From assembly GCA_044868695.1 (NCBI GenBank), contig JBIOWP010000162.1:1-10939 (forward strand): a DNA stretch of 10,939 bases, read 5' to 3'. Below, piece by piece: positions 1 to 6,379 of this stretch. Positions within the stretch are counted from its first letter, which is position 1. Every line of letters begins with the position of its first letter. The notes under the pieces are model-generated. The model made no database searches and was not told where the DNA came from. It saw only the letters and a list, made by a program, of their open reading frames with translations. The translations under genes and the position numbers were made by a program. This DNA is from a bacterium (lineage in GTDB: Bacteria > Sysuimicrobiota > Sysuimicrobiia > Sysuimicrobiales > Kaftiobacteriaceae).

Positions 1-177
1 CGCCGCCTGGGAAGCGGCCGGGCCGCACGTGGCCGGGTTCGTGGTGAGCGGGGCGAGCACCGTCGCGTCGCATCACCTCTCGCGCGAAACGCTCCACACC
101 TTCCTGGAGACGCGACGGTGCTCGCCCCGCTCACCACGAACCCGGCCACGTGCGGGCCGGCCGCTTCCCAGGCGGCG
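1..177. repeat. Long inverted repeat (fold-back): arms 1-69 and 109-177, 39-nt loop, one mismatch (22/156); probable chimera/assembly artefact within carA
   Basis: Base i pairs with base 178-i for i=1..69 except position 22. The plus strand from base 2 reads [39 protein letters not shown], i.e. the same CarA peptide as the minus-strand arm plus its likely true continuation. Confidence 0.95.
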
Positions 178-434
178 CGGCTGAAGCCGTAGTTGCCGAT
201 GAGGGGATACGCCATCACGACGATCTGCCCGCGGTAGGAGGGGTCGCTCATCACCTCCTGGTACCCGGTCATGCTGGTGGTGAAGACGACCTCGCCGGAG
301 GAGTCGACAGGGGCGCCGATCCGCTCGCCTCGAAAAGCGGCCCCGTCTTCGAGAACGAGCCAGCCTGCGGCGGGCACAAAAGAAGAGCCCGACGGCACGG
401 GCTCCTCGCGGAGATCTGTTGACTGGGCAACCAT
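109..434 (-). CDS. carA: Carbamoyl-phosphate synthase small subunit, N-terminal domain (partial; genuine reading breaks at the fold-back near 109)
   Basis: Manual translation from ATG at 434: [83 protein letters not shown]..., containing the CarA motifs LVLEDG, GEVVFxTxMTGYQE, DPSYxGQI and [16 protein letters not shown] lies just upstream. Absent from the ORF track because the frame has no stop before the window edge. Confidence 0.95.
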
Positions 435-483
435 GGTCCCTCCCGGGGTACCATTAATGGTCGCGGGTTGTCGAAGAACTATT

Positions 484-518
484 GTCCGAGGCCTGCCCGG
501 ACTCCTGCTGTACATAAA
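484..518 (-). promoter_or_regulatory. Candidate PyrR-binding-loop-like RNA element in the carA leader
   Basis: mRNA reads UUUAU...AGUCCGGGCAGGCC (503-490) versus the PyrR consensus ARUCCNGNGAGGYU (12/14 match), upstream of carA. Confidence 0.35.
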
Positions 519-554
519 TAAGGTAATACCCAGTTACCGGACCCCCGGGGGCCC
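513..554 (-). terminator. Weak terminator-like structure at the rsmE 3' end
   Basis: mRNA hairpin GGGCCC-CCGG-GGGUCC (554-539), then a short stem GGUAA/UUACC (538-534/526-522) followed by UUAUUUAU. The stem next to the U-tract is only 5 bp. Confidence 0.2.
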
Positions 555-1295
555 TGATCCCTGGTTCCCCGCTCTCCTGACCGTGAGTTCGTACACGACC
601 ATCGCCAGCGCGACGATCCCCGCGGTCTCGGTGCGGAGGATCAGCGGGCCGACCGTCACCGGCACAGCACCCGCGGCCGTCGCGTCCTTAACCTCTTGCT
701 GGGTGAACCCGCCCTCCGGACCGACCACGACGGCGACGGCGCCGACATCTCCGGCGGAGCGGAGTGCATCCGCGATGGACCGGCTCCGCTCCTCTTCCCA
801 CAGCATCACCACCAGATGGTGCTCGGCGACAGCGACCAGGGCATCGCGCAGGGGGACCGGCTCACCAACGACGGGGACTTCGCTGCGCCGGGACTGCTTC
901 GCCGCCTCCGTGGCAATCCTGCGCCACCGCTCAACGCGCCCCCGTCCCGTGGCGACCGTCCGGGCGGAAGTGAATGGAGCGAACTCCGTGACGCCGAGCT
1001 CGGTGCCCATCCGCACGATGTCGTCCATCTTCGCGCCTTTAGGCACGCCCTGCAGGAGCGTGAGATGCACCGCGGGGCCGACGCCGCGGCGCGTCTCCAG
1101 GATGTGCGCGCCGACCCCCGACCGCGCCACACTATCGAGCTCAACGACCCACTCGAGCCCGCGGCCGTCGAACGCGATCACACGGTCCCCAGGCTTCAAC
1201 CGGAGCACGGCCGCCATGTGCCGCGCCTGGCCCGGTGTGAAGGTCACGCGGGACCCGACAACCGATTCGTGAGGAACGAAAAAGCGCCGGATCGC
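534..1295 (-). CDS. rsmE: 16S rRNA m3U1498 methyltransferase RsmE (homology extends to about 1295; first canonical start as written is GTG at 1247)
   Basis: Motifs HMAAVLRLKPGD, TELGV, EAAKQSRR, VGPEGGFT, GPLILRTETAG. In-frame upstream codons give IRRFFVP, a typical RsmE N-terminus, behind SD GGAGG at 1307-1303. Lies downstream of prmA as expected. Confidence 0.95.
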   Translation of the reverse strand, partial: AIRRFFVPHESVVGSRVTFTPGQARHMAAVLRLKPGDRVIAFDGRGLEWVVELDSVARSGVGAHILETRRGVGPAVHLTLLQGVPKGAKMDDIVRMGTELGVTEFAPFTSARTVATGRGRVERWRRIATEAAKQSRRSEVPVVGEPVPLRDALVAVAEHHLVVMLWEEERSRSIADALRSAGDVGAVAVVVGPEGGFTQQEVKDATAAGAVPVTVGPLILRTETAGIVALAMVVYELTVRRAGNQGSGPPGVR

Positions 1296-2200
1296 TTATC
1301 AACCTCCGCCTGGCTGTCTGGTCCCTGGTCCCCGGTCCCTGCAAGAATGAGACATCGCCATTCGCCGTCGCGGCGGACCTCCTGGGTCAACAGACCGCTG
1401 GCCCCCGCCACTGCCTCGACCTCCGTCAGCCGGTCGGCCACGATCCCGGAGGCCACCAGCGCCCCGCCGGCGCTCAGATGGTCGGGCACGCTGGGAAGAA
1501 AGTCCAGGTGGATATCGGCGGTGAGGTTGGCCAGGATCATGTCGGCCCGGCCGCCGATCCCGCGCAGCAGGTCGCCCTCCTTCACGTCCACCACACCGGC
1601 AACCTGATTGTAGGCCACGTTCTCCCGGGCGACGCCGACCGCAATGGGATCCACGTCTCGCGCGGCAACCCGCCCCGCGCCCAGCTTGGCCGCGGCGATC
1701 GAGAGAATGCCAGAGCCGGTCCCGACGTCGAAGACAGTCTCCCCGCCGCGCAGGCGGTCTTCGAGGACGGTGAGGCACAGCTGCGTCGATGCATGCAGCC
1801 CGCTGCCGAACGCCATGCCCGGGTCGAGCTCGATGACGACCCGGTCCGGAGGCCGCGGCGTCCGGTTCCATGTCGGGGTGATCCAAATCCGCCGCCCGAC
1901 GGCAAACGGCTTGAAGTGGTTCTTCCAGGCGTTCGCCCAGCCCGAGTCCTCGACTACGGTGGTGTCGACGTGGCCTGGTCCGATCTCCAGCCCGAACGCA
2001 GGCAGCGCGAGAACGCGCTGCCTGATGGCGGCGAGGGTGACGTCCGTCGCCGGACCCACCGGCAGATACCCGCGCAGGCGGACGACGGCGGGCGACGGGT
2101 GGACCTCCTCAACACCCCCGGTCCGGCACTCGAGAAGGATATTGGCAATCGCCTCGACGGCCTGTGGGGCGGTCGTCACGGTAATTTCGACCCATTTCAT
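1244..2200 (-). CDS. prmA: Ribosomal protein L11 methyltransferase PrmA
   Basis: MKWVEITV N-terminus, WANAWKNHFKP, DPGMAFGSGLHAST, SAM motif VFDVGTGSGILSI, ILANL. Follows dnaJ. The true stop may be at 1292-1294 (see findings). Confidence 0.96.
   Translation of the reverse strand: MKWVEITVTTAPQAVEAIANILLECRTGGVEEVHPSPAVVRLRGYLPVGPATDVTLAAIRQRVLALPAFGLEIGPGHVDTTVVEDSGWANAWKNHFKPFAVGRRIWITPTWNRTPRPPDRVVIELDPGMAFGSGLHASTQLCLTVLEDRLRGGETVFDVGTGSGILSIAAAKLGAGRVAARDVDPIAVGVARENVAYNQVAGVVDVKEGDLLRGIGGRADMILANLTADIHLDFLPSVPDHLSAGGALVASGIVADRLTEVEAVAGASGLLTQEVRRDGEWRCLILAGTGDQGPDSQAEVDKRSGAFSFLTNRLSGPA
1321..1341 (+). repeat. Tandem heptamer GTCCCYG x3 in the prmA C-terminal tail
   Basis: gtccctg gtccccg gtccctg read directly from the sequence. 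Confidence 0.6.
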
Positions 2201-2216
2201 CGGGGGTGGTTGCCGT

Positions 2217-3320
2217 CTATTGCAGGAGATCCTTCACTTTGTCCGAGACCTTGCGGCGCGCAGGTTTGACGGCGCGCCCACCCAGGAGGGCCAGCTGCTG
2301 GAGCAGCTGGCGTTCTTCAGCGGAGAGGTCGGTCGGGACGCGGACGTCGAGGCGCACATGGAGATCACCGCGCCCGCGCGAATCAGGCATGCCCTTGCCC
2401 TTCAGGGTCAGCACCATCCCCGGCTGTACTCCGGCGGGCACGGAATGCGTCACCGGGCCGTTCAGCGTCGGGATTTCCACGTCGTCGCCGAGCGCGGCCT
2501 GGTAGATCGTCAGGGGGACGGTACAGGAGAGGTCCTTGCCGCGCCGCTCGAAAACCGGGTGCGGCCGCAGGTGCATGACCACGTACAGGTCCCCTCGCGG
2601 ACCGCCGCGCACCCCTGCCTCCCCTTCCCCGGTCACCCTCAGCCGCGTGCCGGAGTCGACGCCCTTGGGGACGGTGATTGTCAGCGTCTTCCGCGCGTCC
2701 GCCCTGCCGGCCCCACGGCACTGCCGGCATGGATTGCGCAGCACGGTGCCGGAGCCGCCGCAGGTCTGACAGGTGGCAATCTGGGTGAACGCGCCGAAGA
2801 CCGTGCGCTGGGAGTATTGCACCTCACCTGTTCCGCGACAGGTGGGACACCGCTCCGGGGACGATCCTCGTTCGGCGCCGGTCCCGAAACACGACGGGCA
2901 GGTTTCCAGCCGCGAGAACTCGATCGTCTTTTCAACCCCGGAGGCGGCTTCTTCCAGCGTTACCTCCAGGTCGTAGCGCAGGTCGGCGCCCCGTTCCGGT
3001 GCGTCTCGGTCGGCGCGGGTCGCGCGGCGCCCGAAGAACATGTCAAAGAAGTCCTCAAACGGGCCGAACCCCGTCTCCGCGGGATCGGCCACGGGACCAC
3101 GCGACACCGTGCCGTAGCGATCATACTGCGCGCGGCGCTCGGGATTGCTCAGGACCTGATACGCTTCATTGATCTCTTTGAATCGCTCTTCGGCCTTGGG
3201 GTCGTCCCGCCTGACGTCGGGGTGGTACTCGCGGGCCAGCGCACGGAATGCCTGCTTGATCTGGTCGGCCGTAGCGGTGCGGTCCACTCCCAGGACCTCA
3301 TAGTAGTCGCGCATCGCCAC
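2217..3320 (-). CDS. dnaJ: Molecular chaperone DnaJ (class A); start GTG 3320 or ATG 3314
   Basis: J-domain RDYYEVLGV...YHPD...FKEINEAYQVLS; four Zn-finger repeats CPSCFGTG, CPTCRGTG, CQTCGGSG, CRQCRGAG; C-terminal GDLYV...HPVFER. GTG overlaps the hrcA TAG (TAGTG). Confidence 0.98.
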   Translation of the reverse strand: MAMRDYYEVLGVDRTATADQIKQAFRALAREYHPDVRRDDPKAEERFKEINEAYQVLSNPERRAQYDRYGTVSRGPVADPAETGFGPFEDFFDMFFGRRATRADRDAPERGADLRYDLEVTLEEAASGVEKTIEFSRLETCPSCFGTGAERGSSPERCPTCRGTGEVQYSQRTVFGAFTQIATCQTCGGSGTVLRNPCRQCRGAGRADARKTLTITVPKGVDSGTRLRVTGEGEAGVRGGPRGDLYVVMHLRPHPVFERRGKDLSCTVPLTIYQAALGDDVEIPTLNGPVTHSVPAGVQPGMVLTLKGKGMPDSRGRGDLHVRLDVRVPTDLSAEERQLLQQLALLGGRAVKPARRKVSDKVKDLLQ

Positions 3321-4348
3321 TACGACGGATCGGCCAGGGCGTCGCTGATACTGTCCGCCAGGAACCGGATGAGGGAGATGACCCGTCCGTAGTGCATCCG
3401 TGTGGGACCCACGATCCCCAGGGCGCCGATGGGCCGCCCGCCGACCCGATATGCTGCCGCCACCACGCTGCAGCCTCGCAGGTCCTCGATCCGGTGCTCG
3501 CTGCCGATCGCAATCCACACCGGCCGGTCCGGAACACCCTCCAGCAATCCAGCGATGACCTCCTGGTGCCCGAGGGCCTCCAGGACCGGCCGCGCCGCAC
3601 GGGCGTCGCGGAACTCGGGCTGAGTGAGGATATTGGCCGTTCCTTCTATATGGACTCGGCGGCCCGCCGCCGGCATCTGGCGGACCAACCACTCCGTCAC
3701 CTGCCGGATGACTCGTTCCTGCCACGCGGCCTCGTCGACGACCCGCGCCAGGACGTCATCTGTGATTTCGCCGAGCGGGAGTCCTTCCAAGCGGTTGCTG
3801 ACGGCCCGGGAGAGACGATCCAACCCCTCGGGATCCGTCGGCTCCTGGAGGTCGAGCATTTGGCCCCGCAGCACCCCTGCGTTCGTCACGATCACGGCCA
3901 GCACGCGTGTGGATTCCAACGGGATGAAGTGCAGGTGCTTGAACACCAACTGCTCGGGATGCGACTGAGCGACCAGCGACGCGTAGTTGGTCACTGTTGC
4001 AAGCGCCCGGGCCACCTCGGCGGGCACCCGTTCGCGCTCGAGCAGCGCGGGGGCCAGGCGCCTCCGCAGTTTCAGGCGTTCTCCCGCGGACAGCCGTTCC
4101 TCCTGCGGCAGGGAGTCGACATACACGCGGTAGCCCCGGTCGGTGGGGATCCGCCCGGCGGACGTGTGCGGCTGGGCGAGGTAGCCCATCGCTTCCAGCG
4201 CCCCCATCTCGCTGCGGATCGTGGCCGAACTCACTCCCAGCCGGCTCCGGTGCGCGAGCGCCTCAGAACCGACCGGTTCCGCGGTCTCGACGTACGAGTG
4301 GATCACGGCCCGCAGTATCCCCTGTTTGCGTGTGTCGAGCTCGCTCAC
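3320..4348 (-). CDS. hrcA: Heat-inducible transcription repressor HrcA
   Basis: LDTRKQGILRAVIHSYVETAEPVGS, SSATIRSEM, QPHTSAGRIPTDRGYRVYVD, GIVGPTRMHY. GTG at 4348 is preceded by SD-like GAGGGGTGA. CIRCE lies directly upstream. Confidence 0.97.
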   Translation of the reverse strand: MSELDTRKQGILRAVIHSYVETAEPVGSEALAHRSRLGVSSATIRSEMGALEAMGYLAQPHTSAGRIPTDRGYRVYVDSLPQEERLSAGERLKLRRRLAPALLERERVPAEVARALATVTNYASLVAQSHPEQLVFKHLHFIPLESTRVLAVIVTNAGVLRGQMLDLQEPTDPEGLDRLSRAVSNRLEGLPLGEITDDVLARVVDEAAWQERVIRQVTEWLVRQMPAAGRRVHIEGTANILTQPEFRDARAARPVLEALGHQEVIAGLLEGVPDRPVWIAIGSEHRIEDLRGCSVVAAAYRVGGRPIGALGIVGPTRMHYGRVISLIRFLADSISDALADPS

Positions 4349-4380
4349 CGCGTCACCCCTCATCTGGAGGGCGTCCTCGG

Positions 4381-4407
4381 TTAGCACTCGCCGGGGATGA
4401 GTGCCAG
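4381..4407. promoter_or_regulatory. CIRCE operator (HrcA binding site)
   Basis: TTAGCACTC-gccggggat(N9)-GAGTGCCAG versus consensus TTAGCACTC-N9-GAGTGCTAA; 32 nt upstream of the hrcA start and downstream of the promoter. Confidence 0.95.
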
Positions 4408-4422
4408 GCTGAATCTGCCCTT

Positions 4423-4451
4423 ACCATAAGCACTCCGGCATCCGGTGTCAA
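4423..4451 (-). promoter_or_regulatory. sigma70/sigmaA-type promoter for the hrcA operon
   Basis: Minus strand TTGACA (4451-4446) - 17 nt - TATGGT (4428-4423). The -35 overlaps the murJ TGA stop. Confidence 0.8.
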
Positions 4452-6022
4452 CGCGAGGCTGCGGCGGGGCGCCGCAGCAGGCGGAGCACCTCCCGTACCT
4501 CCTCGACGCGCAGGACCCGGCACATCCCCAGGTATGCCAGCGCGCCTACGGCGGCCGAGGCCCCGACCTGGAGGGTCAGACCCGCCAGGCCAACCGGCGG
4601 GAACGCTCCGGACACGGCCGCCATGAGCGCACCGGCCGCGACCGACGCCGCGCCGGCGCGCAGGGACGCGGAGACGATGCGCACGCCGTCCACCCGGCCG
4701 ATCCTCCGGCGCAGGTGCCAGAGGAGCAGGCCCACCGTGACATACGCAACGCACGAGGTGGCCAGCGCGATCCCCACCGTCCCCAACACCCGCATGAGCA
4801 CGTAGTCGAGGGCGGCGTTGAGCACGACCATCGCGGCGCCGATGCGCACCGGTGTCACCATGTCCTGCAGCGCATAGTACGCGCGCGTGACGACGTAGTA
4901 CCCCGCGATCGCCGGCAGGCCGGACGCATAGGCGGCCATCGCCGCCGCGACCGACCGCGTGGCCTGTACCCCAAACTCGCCGCGTTGAAAGAGGAGGCCG
5001 ATGATGGGCTGTCGCAGAGCAATCGCCAGCGCGGCGACAGGCAGGATAATGACCAGCAGCGTCCGCAGGGCCAGCGACGATGTCGTCCGTAGGTCGTCCC
5101 GGCTTCCCGCGGCCGCGTGGGCTGACAGCGCCGGGAAGACGGCGGTCGCGATAGAAATTGCGAAAATGCCGGCCGGGGCCTGAATGACCTCATAGGCGTA
5201 GTCCAGCACGGCCACCGGGTGCACCGCCGCCGACGCGGGCAGCAGCGAGGCGAAGAATCGACCCACATACGCGTTGATTTCGACGATCGCCAGGCCCAGC
5301 ATCGCCGGGACGGCCAGGCGGGCGAGGTCGCGCACGGCGGGATGGCGCGTGTCAATAGGACGCAGCCGCAGCCCGTGCCTGCGCGCCGCGGGCAGCTGCA
5401 CCACAAATTGCGCCGCGGTGCCGGCGATCCAGGCCAGGGCCAGTCCTTGAATGCCGAGCCGCGGCCCGAGCCACAGGGTACCGGCAATGATGGTGAGATT
5501 AAACAGCAGAGGAGCAAAAGCCGGGACTGTGAAGTCGTTGTGCGCCTGCAGGAATGCCGTCAGGTAGACGGCCAGCGCCAGGAACAGCATGGCCACGAAG
5601 ATGACTCGCGTCAGGTGGACCGTGACGGCGATCAATCCTGGAGACGCGGCGAATCCGGGGGCGGCGATGGGTACCAGCAGCGGAGCGAGCAGCTGCCCCG
5701 CGGCCACCATGACAATCCCGGCCGCGCACACCAGACTGAAGAGGCCCCCGGAGACCCGGCGCGCCTCCTCGAGATCGTCGCGGGCGATGTACCGGCTGAT
5801 GGTGGGGATGAAGACGATGCTCAGCGTGCCGCCCAGCAGCAGGCGTTGCACGAAGAACGGAATGTAGTAAGCGACGACGTAGGCGGCCTTGGCGTCGCTG
5901 GCGCCGAACAACGCGGCCGTCACCACTTCGCGCAGCAGCCCCAGCACCCGGCTGGCCACCGCCGCGACGGCCATCACCGAGGCGGCCCGCGCAAGCCGGC
6001 CGGGGGACGGATGTCTCAGCAT
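4448..6022 (-). CDS. murJ: Lipid II flippase MurJ (MviN)
   Basis: 524-aa multi-pass membrane protein with SRVLGLLREVVTAALFGA, LLLGGTLSIVFIP, PAGIFAISIATAVFPALS, LFQRGEF, RAYYALQDMVTP. Confidence 0.95.
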   Translation of the reverse strand: MLRHPSPGRLARAASVMAVAAVASRVLGLLREVVTAALFGASDAKAAYVVAYYIPFFVQRLLLGGTLSIVFIPTISRYIARDDLEEARRVSGGLFSLVCAAGIVMVAAGQLLAPLLVPIAAPGFAASPGLIAVTVHLTRVIFVAMLFLALAVYLTAFLQAHNDFTVPAFAPLLFNLTIIAGTLWLGPRLGIQGLALAWIAGTAAQFVVQLPAARRHGLRLRPIDTRHPAVRDLARLAVPAMLGLAIVEINAYVGRFFASLLPASAAVHPVAVLDYAYEVIQAPAGIFAISIATAVFPALSAHAAAGSRDDLRTTSSLALRTLLVIILPVAALAIALRQPIIGLLFQRGEFGVQATRSVAAAMAAYASGLPAIAGYYVVTRAYYALQDMVTPVRIGAAMVVLNAALDYVLMRVLGTVGIALATSCVAYVTVGLLLWHLRRRIGRVDGVRIVSASLRAGAASVAAGALMAAVSGAFPPVGLAGLTLQVGASAAVGALAYLGMCRVLRVEEVREVLRLLRRPAAASR

Positions 6023-6053
6023 CTTACCTGCCGCGCCTGCCCGCCGGCAGCGC

Positions 6054-6083
6054 TTGTGAACGCACGCGGACCTGTGTTAGGAT
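6054..6083 (+). promoter_or_regulatory. Probable rpsT promoter (extended -10)
   Basis: TTGTGA (6054-6059) - 18 nt - TAGGAT (6078-6083), preceded by TGn (TG at 6075-6076). Confidence 0.5.
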
Positions 6084-6127
6084 AGCCCAGCGGTTCGATG
6101 CTCACAGATCCACTCGGGAGACGTGCG

Positions 6128-6379
6128 GTGGCGAAGCGATCGAAAGCGGGACTCAAACACAAGCGGCAATCGGCGAAGCGGCGCGTGGCCAATCAGGGCG
6201 TGCTGTCGCGCCTGAAGACGCTGTCCCGGGCTGCCGAGACGAGTCCCGACAAGCTCACGCTGGCCCTCGCCGAACTCGATCGGGCCGCGCGCAAGGGAAT
6301 TATTCACAAGAAGACCGCCGCGAGAAAAAAGTCCCGCCTCATGAAGCGGCTCGCGCCGGCAGGCACAACTCCGCGATAA
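6128..6379 (+). CDS. rpsT: 30S ribosomal protein S20
   Basis: GTG at 6128 with SD GGGAG at 6116-6120; basic 83-aa protein with RQSAKRRVAN and LDRAARKGIIHKKTAARKKSRL; convergent with holA, a known arrangement. Confidence 0.95.
   Translation: MAKRSKAGLKHKRQSAKRRVANQGVLSRLKTLSRAAETSPDKLTLALAELDRAARKGIIHKKTAARKKSRLMKRLAPAGTTPR

Noticed and set aside
1..177. Inverted repeat as a MITE, transposon TIRs or structured ncRNA
   Set aside because: Both arms and the loop are carA coding sequence; there is no target-site duplication or transposase.
150..454. ORF-track calls 150-422 (+) and 269-454 (-)
   Set aside because: They are the antisense and an off-frame reading of the real carA frame starting at 434.
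509..526. ARG box (ArgR site) upstream of carA
   Set aside because: TGTACATAAATAAGGTAA matches only the AT core of the TGAAT-N4-ATTCA consensus, and the second half-site is absent.
1644..3392. 582-aa plus-strand ORF antisense to prmA/dnaJ, and other long shadow ORFs (271-1272, 696-1607, 3392-4384, 8701-9882)
   Set aside because: They lie fully antisense to well-supported genes, have no recognisable motifs, and are expected in high-GC DNA where stop codons are rare.
3321..3725. 134-aa N-terminal extension of DnaJ in the ORF track
   Set aside because: It is an alternative frame of hrcA with low-complexity G/P/R content; the J-domain begins at 3320/3314.
4349..4387. Longer hrcA start at 4387 or 4363
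   Set aside because: 4387 lies inside the CIRCE; the SD-like sequence and the start of homology favour GTG at 4348.
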